Source of the DNA: Myxococcaceae bacterium | Lineage (GTDB): Bacteria; Myxococcota; Myxococcia; Myxococcales; Myxococcaceae | Direction: 5' to 3' | Assembly: GCA_017881345.1 (NCBI GenBank) | Contig: JADGQZ010000190.1 | Span: 1-43,856 of the forward strand | Length of the DNA: 43,856 nucleotides | In this document: one piece after another, positions 1 to 8,183 of the stretch | Layout: each line of letters starts with the position of its first letter | Position numbering within the stretch: the stretch's first letter is position 1 | Translations under genes and position numbers: made by a program | The notes under the pieces: model-generated | The model's input: the letters and a program-made list of their open reading frames with translations, nothing else | What the model was told of the DNA's origin: nothing | Database searches by the model: none

Positions 1-11
1 ATGCCCCCCGG

Positions 12-1073
12 CTACCGGGTGGGCTCGGCCGGCTTGGGCTCCACGGTCTGGGACTGCGAGACCTGCTGGGCAGTGAGCGCCTGCAGGAGCTGGTTCACGT
101 TCAGGGTCTGGAGCCCGACGCCCGACTTTCCGCCCGGGATGAAAATGAGATCCTTGCCGGTGAGGGCCTCGGCGATCTTGAGCTTCACCAGCGCCGTCCC
201 TCCGGCCCCGGCGAGCGCCTCGTTCTGCTTCCGGATCCCCTGGGCGTGGGCCTTCTTCTCCGCGACCAGGGCCTCGGCCTGCTTCTGGTTCTGGAAGAGC
301 TGGGCGTCGGCGCCGAGCTTGGCCGTGTCCAGAGCTCCCTGGGCGCCGGCGAGCTGCTGGTTGACGGTCCCCTTGGCCTTCTGCAGCTCGCTCTTCACCT
401 GCTCGGCGGCGGCGCGGGCCTCGCTTCGCATCCGCTCGCTGTTCTGCTCGGCCAGCTTCTTGTCCCGGATGACTCGCTCGTACTCGGAGCTGAAGTGGTG
501 CTCGCCGAGGATGACCTGCCGGACCAGGATGCCCTCGGGCTCGAGCGCCGCCGCGAGCTTGTCCCGCGCCTCGGCCGCCTTGGCGAAGCGCTTCTCGGAC
601 ACGTAGAACTCCTCGCTCCGGAGCGAGTTGAGGACGTCCCGCACCACGCTCCGGCACGCCGGGCGGACGAGCTTCTCCTTCACCTGCGCGGTGTTCTCGC
701 CGACCTTGTTCAGGAGATAGGCGGCGCGCTTCGGGTCCACGGCCCAGGCGACGGTCACGTCCACGCGGATGTCGTTGCCGTCGATGGTCTTGAAGAACAG
801 GTCGTCCTCGGCCGAGCGGTCGCCCTTCTTCGCATCGCGCACCATGCTGAGGTTCTGCAGCGAGATGTCGAAGGTGTTCCAGTCGGTGAGGAAGATCGGG
901 AACATGTACGTCGCTCCCGGTGCGTAGACCTCCTCCTGGATCCCGGGCTTGCCCAGGAGCCCACCGAGCGTGGCGCGACGGGTGAGGACCCCCACCTCGG
1001 TGCTGTGGGTCGAGTGGCAGGTGCAACCCGCGAGGGGGAGCGCCAGGAGCAGGGGCCAGAGCAGCCCTCTCAT
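12..1073 (-). CDS. SPFH/band-7 family lipoprotein (HflC/flotillin-like) with long coiled-coil tail
   Basis: The start is an inner ATG, leaving 353 aa of track ORF 12..2018. The N-terminus MRGLLWPLLLALPLAGC is a signal peptide plus lipobox Cys. An SPFH-like core is followed by an Ala/Glu/Gln-rich coiled coil. The upstream 315 aa of the track ORF are Arg/Gly/Pro-rich shadow sequence overlapping gene 1070..2152. An ATGA stop/start overlap lies at 1070-1073. Confidence 0.85.
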   Translation of the reverse strand: MRGLLWPLLLALPLAGCTCHSTHSTEVGVLTRRATLGGLLGKPGIQEEVYAPGATYMFPIFLTDWNTFDISLQNLSMVRDAKKGDRSAEDDLFFKTIDGNDIRVDVTVAWAVDPKRAAYLLNKVGENTAQVKEKLVRPACRSVVRDVLNSLRSEEFYVSEKRFAKAAEARDKLAAALEPEGILVRQVILGEHHFSSEYERVIRDKKLAEQNSERMRSEARAAAEQVKSELQKAKGTVNQQLAGAQGALDTAKLGADAQLFQNQKQAEALVAEKKAHAQGIRKQNEALAGAGGTALVKLKIAEALTGKDLIFIPGGKSGVGLQTLNVNQLLQALTAQQVSQSQTVEPKPAEPTR

Positions 1074-2152
1074 GGCCCGCTCCGGACGTCGAAGCGCTTG
1101 AGCGCGGAGCGGAGGTCCAGCGGGTTCACGCCGGACTCGCCATCGGTGGGGACGACGATGACCTTGGTGCCCCGGAGCACCTCGGCCATCTTCAGCCCCA
1201 CCAGGTTCTCGGCGCCGACGCCCCGGAGCGCCTCGTTCTCCAGCCGCGTTCCCTCTGCCTCGGCGAGGGTCATCGCCAGCTCGCCCGCGGCGCGCTGGCG
1301 ACGCGAGTAGAGGTCCGCCTCGGCGTCGAGCTTCTTCTTCTCCGCGTCCCCGCGGGCCAGCTCCACCCGGACCGTGGCCTGTCCGAGGGCGACCACCCGG
1401 TCGCGCTCCGCGGTGGCGGTCGCCAGCTCCGCCTCGGCGATGTTCTTGAAGACGGTCTGGTCCTGGATCTTCCGCTGCTCGATGGCCGCCTGGTAGCGCG
1501 CGTCGTATGCGTAGCGCCGCAGGAAGATGTGGGTCACCCGGATGCCGTTGGGGACCAGCTCTCCGTTCAGCTCGTCCCGCGCCCTGCGCGAGCGCGCGAC
1601 CCGCTTGTTCACGTCGTAGAACTCCTCGGCGTCCAGCTGCCCCAGCCACTTGCGGAGGAGCTGCTCGGTCCGTGGGATGACGAGCGCATCCTCGTAGAGC
1701 TTGCCCGGACCGATGGTGGTCAGGACCTTGTAGGGATCCTCGATGCGGTAGAGCACCGAGAGGTCCACCGTGACGGTGTAGCCCTCGGAGGTCTGGATGT
1801 TCATCGCCGGGGTGACCCGCTTGTCGTCCTTGGGGCGCTCGTTGGGATCGCTGGTCAGGTCGAGCGACTGGATGTCGGTCGGGAAGACGTGCAGCCGCTC
1901 CGTCCCGGGGCTCACGAAGTGGAGGCCCGGGTAGTAGACCTCGGGGAGGATTCCCTTGTGCCGTCCGACGATGACCTGCTTCACCGCGAACTCGTTCGGC
2001 CGCACGTAGACCGTGCACACGCCCCAGGCCACCAGGACGAAGAGCCCGGCGGCGAGGACGAGGTAGAGCCTGCGTCCGGGCCGCGCGCCGAACACGCGCC
2101 GTCCCGCGGCGCGGAGGTCGAACCGGCGGGCCGGCATGGATGGGACCTGCAT
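1070..2152 (-). CDS. SPFH/band-7 family membrane protein (HflK/HflC-like)
   Basis: The start is MQVPSMPARR, 360 aa, with an alternative ATG at 2137. An N-terminal TM helix (LYLVLAAGLFVLVAWGV) is followed by a band-7 core and a coiled coil ending LVGLKMAEVLRGTKVIVVP. The gene begins 8 nt after the upstream stop. Confidence 0.85.
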   Translation of the reverse strand: MQVPSMPARRFDLRAAGRRVFGARPGRRLYLVLAAGLFVLVAWGVCTVYVRPNEFAVKQVIVGRHKGILPEVYYPGLHFVSPGTERLHVFPTDIQSLDLTSDPNERPKDDKRVTPAMNIQTSEGYTVTVDLSVLYRIEDPYKVLTTIGPGKLYEDALVIPRTEQLLRKWLGQLDAEEFYDVNKRVARSRRARDELNGELVPNGIRVTHIFLRRYAYDARYQAAIEQRKIQDQTVFKNIAEAELATATAERDRVVALGQATVRVELARGDAEKKKLDAEADLYSRRQRAAGELAMTLAEAEGTRLENEALRGVGAENLVGLKMAEVLRGTKVIVVPTDGESGVNPLDLRSALKRFDVRSGP

Positions 2153-2160
2153 CGGGGACT

Positions 2161-2820
2161 TCAGCCCTTCTGCCGGAGCCGGTCGGGGGACGCCGGGAGG
2201 GCGGCCGCGGGAGGCTCGGGCGATGACAGCGGTTGGTAGAGCGCCAGCTGCGCCTCGGCGTCCTGCAGGTCCTCGACGATGGCCCGGAGCGCGCGGCGGT
2301 GGCGGCGCCGGTGCAAGGCGATCTGGAGATCCGGGATGAAGGGCGCGCCGAGCAGCATCCCGAAGGCGAGCAGGTCCCAGCTCGTGGGGATGGGGATGAA
2401 CGGCGCCTTCACCAGGAACACTCCCAGGAAGAAGCCGCCCAGGCCCCAGACGATGCGGGACAGGAGATCCCCGCCCCGCCACAGCCCGTATCCGCGCTGC
2501 TCGAGCGCGGTCTCCCGCTTCGCCTCCGCGAGGTAGCGGGGCAGGGCGACGTCCTCGAGCTTCTCCTCCACCCGGGCGAACCACGCCGGGTCGTCGAAGG
2601 TCTCGAGGAAGCTGCGACGGACGTCCTCGAGCTCGCTGCGGAACGCGGCCCTGAGCTGGTCCTCGACCGCGGGAGACCAGGGTCCCAGGCCCGGGCGCCG
2701 GCGCTCGGCCCCAGCGATCAGCACGCCGGCGAGGAAGGGAAGCCGGAAGCGATCCGGGTACATGGACCGCGGAAGGGTAGCACCTTGGAGCGCGCGGATG
2801 CCTGCGACACGCCGGCTCAC
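2161..2820 (-). CDS. hypothetical membrane protein (two predicted TM helices)
   Basis: The composition is protein-like. The GTG start overlaps the upstream stop (GTGA at 2817-2820), and ATG 2763 is an alternative. Hydrophobic segments are IVWGLGGFFLGVFLV and LLAFGMLLGAPFI. I recognise no family. Confidence 0.65.
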   Translation of the reverse strand: MSRRVAGIRALQGATLPRSMYPDRFRLPFLAGVLIAGAERRRPGLGPWSPAVEDQLRAAFRSELEDVRRSFLETFDDPAWFARVEEKLEDVALPRYLAEAKRETALEQRGYGLWRGGDLLSRIVWGLGGFFLGVFLVKAPFIPIPTSWDLLAFGMLLGAPFIPDLQIALHRRRHRRALRAIVEDLQDAEAQLALYQPLSSPEPPAAALPASPDRLRQKG

Positions 2821-3308
2821 TTCTTGGGGGCGGCCTCCAGGGTCAGCCAGCCGAGGCGCGAGACCTCACCGCTGGACTTGCCGAGCAGGGCGCAGAGGAC
2901 CTCGCGGTTGAGCGCCTTCGCCTCGTCGCGCTCGACCTTGCCCGCCGCGCTCCAGTCCGACGCCGTCTGCTGTGCCGCGAAGAGGGCGGCGGTGAAGGGG
3001 AGCACGTCCACCTTCTGGGTCTCCTCCAGGGAGCGCTGGGAGACCTGGTACAGGTCCACCAGCCGTGCCTTCCGCTCCTCGCCGGAGAGCGCGTTGCGGA
3101 GGTAGATGTCGAGGAAGAACGCCACGATCTCGATGGCCGCCGACTCCGCCGTCCTCTCGCGGGCGTGCGCCTCGGAGAGGAATGCCGGGAGCACCGGGAT
3201 GTAGGGCCGCACCACCGCCGCCGGGTCGTCGCCGAGGTTGGGCCAGAGGCGGCGCACGGCGCTCCAGACCTCGCGGGTGTACGCGTCCACCGACGGTCGC
3301 TGCCGCAT
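2817..3308 (-). CDS. hypothetical soluble, probably all-helical protein; first gene of the SPFH operon
   Basis: The 163-aa track ORF has an ATG start, balanced composition and GC-rich third codon positions. I recognise no motif. Confidence 0.7.
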   Translation of the reverse strand: MRQRPSVDAYTREVWSAVRRLWPNLGDDPAAVVRPYIPVLPAFLSEAHARERTAESAAIEIVAFFLDIYLRNALSGEERKARLVDLYQVSQRSLEETQKVDVLPFTAALFAAQQTASDWSAAGKVERDEAKALNREVLCALLGKSSGEVSRLGWLTLEAAPKK

Positions 3309-3388
3309 GCGCGAGCCCTCCCCCGGACCACTCTACTCACCCCTTGCTTTCCGACGCTCGTGCGGTCCGCCGCCGGGGCCGCCCTCGC

Positions 3389-4492
3389 TCAGTCGGGGAG
3401 GGGCGGGGCGTCGCCCAGAGAGATCCCCAGCTCGCGGCACGTCCGGATGGTGTCACTGTCGACGGGCACGTTCTTCCGGCGGGAGGCGGCGCCCTCGAGC
3501 GGGACGGCCACCATGCCCTCGGGCGGCTGGTAGGCGACAAGCACGTTGCGCTTCCCCTCGGCGAGGAAGCGGACCGCGGCGGCCCCGTAGCGGAGCGCGA
3601 CCAGGCGGTCGAACGGGGTAGGGGAGCCGCCGCGCTGCAGGTGTCCGAGCACCAGGGCGCGGGTCTCCTTCCCGGTGCGCTGGCCCACCTCGCGGGCGAC
3701 CCACTCGGCGACGCCGCCGAGGAGCGGCTCCTGTCGCCCGGGAGTGGACTGGGCGCGGGTGGTGAGCTGGCCCCCGATGGGCTTGGCGCCCTCGGCGACC
3801 ACGATGATGCCGTACGCCTTCCCGCGGCGCTCGTTGGCGCGGATCTTCGCGCACACGTGCTCCACGTCGAAGGGGATCTCGGGGAGGAGGATGACGTCGG
3901 CCGACCCGGTGAGGCCGGTGTGGAGCGCGATCCACCCGACGTACCGGCCCATGACCTCCACCACGAACACCCGCTGGTGCGCGCTGGCCGTGGAATGCAG
4001 CTTGTCGACGGCGTCGGTGGCGGTGGAGACCGCGGTGTCGAAGCCGAAGCTGTAGTTGGTGTCGGCCAGGTCGTTGTCGATGGTCTTGGGGACGCCCACC
4101 ACCGGGATGCCCTTGGCCGCGAAGCGTGCGGCCAGCCCCATGCTCCCGTCGCCGCCGACCGCCACCAGCGCGTCGAGCCCGAGCGCCCGGAAGTTGCGCA
4201 CCACCTCGTCCGAGAGGTCGGCGAAGGTCACCTCACCGGTGGGTCCCTTCACCGGGAACCGGAAGGGGTCGGCCCGGTTGGTGGTGCCGAGGATGGTGCC
4301 CCCGCGGTCGACGATGGCCTCGACGTGGGCCGGGGTGAGCCGGGTGGTCTTGCTCGGGTCGAGCAGGCCGGCGTACCCGGTCTGGATGCCATAGACGTCC
4401 CAGCCCCGGTGGTGCGCGGCGAGCACCACCGCGTGGATGACTGCGTTGAGCCCGGGCGCGTCCCCGCCGCCGGTGTTGATCGCGATCCGCAT
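3389..4492 (-). CDS. pfkA: 6-phosphofructokinase (PfkA family)
   Basis: The inner ATG gives MRIAINTGGGDAPGLNAV, 367 aa. PFK family motifs GGDAPG, GGDGS, PKTIDND and MGR are present. The 113 aa upstream in the track ORF are not protein-like. Confidence 0.9.
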   Translation of the reverse strand: MRIAINTGGGDAPGLNAVIHAVVLAAHHRGWDVYGIQTGYAGLLDPSKTTRLTPAHVEAIVDRGGTILGTTNRADPFRFPVKGPTGEVTFADLSDEVVRNFRALGLDALVAVGGDGSMGLAARFAAKGIPVVGVPKTIDNDLADTNYSFGFDTAVSTATDAVDKLHSTASAHQRVFVVEVMGRYVGWIALHTGLTGSADVILLPEIPFDVEHVCAKIRANERRGKAYGIIVVAEGAKPIGGQLTTRAQSTPGRQEPLLGGVAEWVAREVGQRTGKETRALVLGHLQRGGSPTPFDRLVALRYGAAAVRFLAEGKRNVLVAYQPPEGMVAVPLEGAASRRKNVPVDSDTIRTCRELGISLGDAPPLPD

Positions 4493-4613
4493 CGAATCGG
4501 GTGGAGCAATTCGCGTACCGCCGGCTTCCCCTGGGTGCCACGCGTCCGGAGCGCGCAATGCGTGCGCAGGGCGCATCGCTTCTCCGTGTGGCGTGCTAGG
4601 ACGCCGGGTCCTC

Positions 4614-6074
4614 ATGCCCGGGTCCCTGCTCCGCCGGAAGGCCGTGGAAGCCTGCCAGGCCGATGCCGACCGCGCCGAACACCAGCTCAAGCGTTCCCTC
4701 GGGGTGTTCTCGCTCACCGCGCTGGGAATCGGCGCGGTCATCGGCGCCGGCATCTTCAGCTCGCCCGGGACGGCCGCGGCCGGCGGCGGCTCGCACGTGG
4801 CGGCCGGGCCGGCGCTCGTCCTGTCGTACATCGTGGTGGCCCTCGCCTGCGGCTTCGCGGCGCTCTGCTACGCCGAGATGGCCTCGATGGTGCCGGTGGC
4901 CGGCAGCGCGTACACCTACGCGTACGTCACGCTCGGCGAGCTCCTGGCCTGGATCATCGGCTGGGACCTGATCCTCGAGTACGCCGTGGGCAACGTGGCG
5001 GTGGCGGTCAGCTGGGCGGACTACTTCAAGTCGCTCCTGGCAGGGCTCGGGCTCGCGCTGCCCGACTGGTTGTCGACCACGCTCGACCACGCCCGGCAGA
5101 CGCCCGGCCTGCTCGCCGCCGCGCCGCACATCCTGGGCGTGCCCATCGTCCTGAACCTCCCCGCGGGGCTGATCGTGGCGCTGCTCACCGTGCTCCTGGT
5201 GCTGGGCATCCAGGAGAGCGCACGGGTGAACACCGCCATGGTGCTCCTCAAGCTCTTCATGGTGGTGGGCTTCATCGGGGTGGGCGCGTTCTACATCAAG
5301 CCCGAGCACTGGACGCCGTTCGCCCCCAACGGGATCACCGGCATCCTGAGCGGCGCCTCGCTCATCTTCTTCGCCTACATCGGCTTCGACGCCATCTCCA
5401 CCACCGCCGAGGAGGCGCGGAATCCCCAGAGGGACATCCCCCGGGCGATGATCGCCACCCTCGGCATCTGCACCGTCCTCTACGCGGCGGTGACGCTGGT
5501 CCTGACCGGGATGGTGAGCTGGCGCGATCTCGGGGTGGGCGACCCCCTGGCCAAGGCGCTCCAGTCCGCCGGCCTCCAGGCGCTGGCCGGGATCCTCTCG
5601 TTCGGCGCGGTCATCGCCATGACCGCGGTGCTGCTCGTGTTCCAGCTCGGCCAGCCCCGCATCTTCATGGTGATGGCCCGGGATGGCCTCTTGCCTGCCT
5701 GGGCAGCGAAGGTGCACCCGCGGTTCCGGACGCCGTACGTCACCACCATCCTGACCGGCATCTTCGTGGGCATTCCGGCGATGTTCGTGGACATCAACGA
5801 GGCCATCGAGTTCACCAACATCGGGACCCTGTTCGCCTTCGTGCTGGTCTCGGTGGGGGTCATCGTGCTGCGGCGGACCGATCCCGGGCGACACCGGCCG
5901 TTCCGCTGCCCCGGCGTCCCGGTGATGCCGATGCTCTCGGTCGTGGGCTGTGGGATCCTGATGGCGTACCTGCCGTTCATCACCTGGATGCGGTTCGCGG
6001 TGTGGCAGGCGCTGGGGATCGCGCTCTATTTCCTGTACGGCCGCCGCCACAGCCGGCTGGCGAAGGCGGCCTGA
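4614..6074 (+). CDS. APC-superfamily amino-acid permease
   Basis: ATG at 4614 is aa 60 of track ORF 4437..6074 and gives 486 aa. About 12 hydrophobic helices are visible, with the N-terminal GAVIGAGIF motif typical of amino-acid/polyamine permeases. It is divergent from pfkA across a 121-bp spacer. Confidence 0.9.
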   Translation: MPGSLLRRKAVEACQADADRAEHQLKRSLGVFSLTALGIGAVIGAGIFSSPGTAAAGGGSHVAAGPALVLSYIVVALACGFAALCYAEMASMVPVAGSAYTYAYVTLGELLAWIIGWDLILEYAVGNVAVAVSWADYFKSLLAGLGLALPDWLSTTLDHARQTPGLLAAAPHILGVPIVLNLPAGLIVALLTVLLVLGIQESARVNTAMVLLKLFMVVGFIGVGAFYIKPEHWTPFAPNGITGILSGASLIFFAYIGFDAISTTAEEARNPQRDIPRAMIATLGICTVLYAAVTLVLTGMVSWRDLGVGDPLAKALQSAGLQALAGILSFGAVIAMTAVLLVFQLGQPRIFMVMARDGLLPAWAAKVHPRFRTPYVTTILTGIFVGIPAMFVDINEAIEFTNIGTLFAFVLVSVGVIVLRRTDPGRHRPFRCPGVPVMPMLSVVGCGILMAYLPFITWMRFAVWQALGIALYFLYGRRHSRLAKAA

Positions 6075-6087
6075 GGAGACCCCACAC

Positions 6088-6609
6088 GTGGATGCCCACT
6101 ACGAGCAAGTGATGGCTGCGCGGGAGAGGCTCGACGAGGGACCCCCGCGGGCCTACTTCGCGTACTCCACCATCCTCGACCGGGCGGCGTTCGAGGAGTG
6201 GCGCCACCAGCACGGGTACGACTTCTTCGATCTGCCGGCGGGGACCCGTGCAGAGGCCCTCGATCTCGGGCTGGTTTACGACTTCCCGTCGCGCTGGTGG
6301 GGCGGCCGGGTCGCCGGGCTCGAGGACCGTGCCGGCTCGTTGGTCCACGGGGTCCTCTTCGAGATAGCCCCGAAGGACTGGCCCATCGTCCAGCACAAGG
6401 AGGGCGCCATCACGCACATGTGCGTGGAGCGCGAGGTCCGTGTGCGGACGGACGCCGGGGAGCGGGCCGCGACCGCGTTCACCACGGCGCCCGGGCGGCG
6501 GAGCGCGGACGGACCGGTGAGCCCGCGCTTCGTCGAGGCGCTGGTCCGGGGCGCCCGCGCGGCGGGGCTTCCCGAGGGGTGGATCGAGGCGCTCGGAAGA
6601 GGGGGCTGA
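6088..6609 (+). CDS. gamma-glutamylcyclotransferase-like (AIG2/GGCT fold) protein
   Basis: The 173-aa ORF has a GTG start, with ATG 6112 as an alternative. YFAYSTILD resembles the YGSL-type N-terminal motif, and LFEI supplies a candidate catalytic Glu. It starts 13 nt after the permease stop. Confidence 0.7.
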   Translation: MDAHYEQVMAARERLDEGPPRAYFAYSTILDRAAFEEWRHQHGYDFFDLPAGTRAEALDLGLVYDFPSRWWGGRVAGLEDRAGSLVHGVLFEIAPKDWPIVQHKEGAITHMCVEREVRVRTDAGERAATAFTTAPGRRSADGPVSPRFVEALVRGARAAGLPEGWIEALGRGG

Positions 6610-6742
6610 AGGCTGCTCCGAGGGGACGCCGGAGGCCCGGGTCTCCGCGTCCGGGCCATGACGACCCTGGCCTCGATTGCTCACGCTCCGGGGCGTCGCA
6701 CTTGGGGCCCCCGAGCCGCCGGTCGGGCGAAAATCGAAATAC

Positions 6743-6801
6743 ATGCACCCGGGGTGCATGCATTTCCCGAGATTGGATGCACCCTGTATGCATCCATCTC
6801 G
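6743..6801. promoter_or_regulatory. two adjacent palindromes built on an ATGCA core (candidate operator sites or RNA hairpins)
   Basis: P1 is ATGCACCC-g-GGGTGCAT at 6743-6759. P2 is CGAGATTGGATGCA-N7-TGCATCCATCTCG at 6768-6801, with 13 bp paired and one bulged T. Both lie in an AT-enriched island inside a 485-bp non-coding gap. Confidence 0.3.
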
Positions 6802-7094
6802 ATTCTTCGCCTCGCCACCCTTGGCCGGCCGCTGCAACCTCCTGAGCCGCAGACCGGGGTGTCGCAGGGGCACGCCGGTCCGCGCCGCGCCGCGGACCGA
6901 GGCCAGCGTCGTTCGGGCCGTGCGTTCCATCCCCGGACGCCAGCCGTTCCCCTCGGGCCCGGCCTCGGAGCGTGAATCGAGCGGTCGGGCGCCGGGCTGC
7001 TCCAGGGCCCAGCTCCGACGCACGCTGTCACACACTGCCCACTGCGGACGGATGACGGTTTGCGTCCTTCCTCGCTGGGTAGGGTCCGCCGCCG

Positions 7095-8183
7095 ATGCGG
7101 ACACTGATCAGCAGCTTGCTCGTCGGACTCCTCGCGTGCAGCGGCGGGGTCTCCTTGACGGACGCCACGGTCGCCACGCCGGCGCGACCGGGCCAGCGAC
7201 CCGCCCCGGGCACGTGGGACGCAGGCCCGGGCCTGACGCCGTCGACGGCCGATGCGGGGCCGACCTCGGGCGATCCATCGCCGGCACCGGACGCCGGCGA
7301 CCCTGCGCCGAGCCCGCCGGCTCCTGCCCCACCGCCGCCGCCCCCTCCTCCGGCGAAGGCGCCGATCTTCCCGTCCGACAACGCATGGAACACCCGCATC
7401 GACGGTGAGCCGGTCGACCCGTCGTCGGACGCGTACATCGCGGAGATGGGCGCCGACGATCCGCTCGAGGCCGCCTGGGACGCCGAGGGCGACGGGATCC
7501 CATACGAGGAGGTCGGGCAGGACCAGCCGATGGTCCCGGTCTCCTACTGGGGCTTTCCGCACGAGAGCGACCCGGGACCGTTCCCGATTCCCTCGAACGC
7601 CCAGCCCGACCCCTCGACGGACCGCCACGTCATCGTCGTCGACCGCGAGCGGGGCTTCCTCTACGAGCTCTTCCAGGGCGGACGGAACGGGGATGGCTCC
7701 TGGAACGCCTCCAACGGGGCGCGGTGGAACCTTCGCTCCAACGGGACCCGGCCGCTCCGGTGGACCTCGGCCGATGCGGCGGGGCTCCCCATCTTCCCGG
7801 GCCTGGTCCGCTGGAACGAGGTGGACTCGGGGTACATCGGCCACGCGCTCCGCTTCGTCGTCGGCCACAGCCAGCAGGGCTTCGTCTGGCCCGCCACCCA
7901 CGCCGCCGGCACCTGCCCGACGTGGTCGCACTGTCCGCCCATGGGGCTCCGGGTCCGCCTCAAGAAGGACGTCGACATCTCCGGCTTCAGCTGGCGGATG
8001 CAGGTCATCCTCCAGGCACTGAAGGACTACGGGATGATCGTCGCCGACAACGGCGGAGGGACCAGCTGGTGGCTGTCCGGAGCACCGGATCCGCGCTTCT
8101 CCGACGAGGAGACGCGCTCGCTCACGCGCATCCGGGGCCGTGACTTCGAGGTGGTGAAGCACGGGGCCATCAGCCCTCAGTGA
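7095..8183 (+). CDS. secreted lipoprotein of unknown function with a Pro-rich linker
   Basis: The ORF has an ATG start. MRTLISSLLVGLLACSGG is a signal peptide plus lipobox. A low-complexity linker contains PPPPPPPP. The globular C-terminal domain of about 270 aa carries conserved-looking blocks (TSADAAGLPIFPG, PATHAAG, PPMGLRVRLK). Confidence 0.85.
   Translation: MRTLISSLLVGLLACSGGVSLTDATVATPARPGQRPAPGTWDAGPGLTPSTADAGPTSGDPSPAPDAGDPAPSPPAPAPPPPPPPPAKAPIFPSDNAWNTRIDGEPVDPSSDAYIAEMGADDPLEAAWDAEGDGIPYEEVGQDQPMVPVSYWGFPHESDPGPFPIPSNAQPDPSTDRHVIVVDRERGFLYELFQGGRNGDGSWNASNGARWNLRSNGTRPLRWTSADAAGLPIFPGLVRWNEVDSGYIGHALRFVVGHSQQGFVWPATHAAGTCPTWSHCPPMGLRVRLKKDVDISGFSWRMQVILQALKDYGMIVADNGGGTSWWLSGAPDPRFSDEETRSLTRIRGRDFEVVKHGAISPQ

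Noticed and set aside
12-4831. Long N-terminal extensions of track ORFs 12..2018, 1070..2584 and 3389..4831
   Set aside because: The extensions overlap the neighbouring upstream genes and are Arg/Gly/Pro-rich. They also precede obvious native N-termini: a lipobox signal, a TM helix, and the MRIAINTGGGDAPG start of PFK.
3065-6112. 1015-aa plus-strand ORF
   Set aside because: It is antisense to pfkA and then out of frame over the permease gene. Its composition is dominated by Arg, Gly, Pro and Ala, and it carries no motifs.
6730-6810. Fur box in the AT-enriched island or upstream of the fur operon (23790-23817)
   Set aside because: Neither region resembles the GATAATGATAATCATTATC-type consensus. 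The island motifs are ATGCA-based.
6677-7408. Track ORFs crossing the 6610-7094 gap (6677..7408 +, 6658..6975 +, 6479..6793 -, 5980..7104 -)
   Set aside because: Their translations are Arg/Pro/Gly-rich with no hydrophobic core pattern, and 6677..7408 runs out of frame into the lipoprotein gene. I treat the gap as non-coding.
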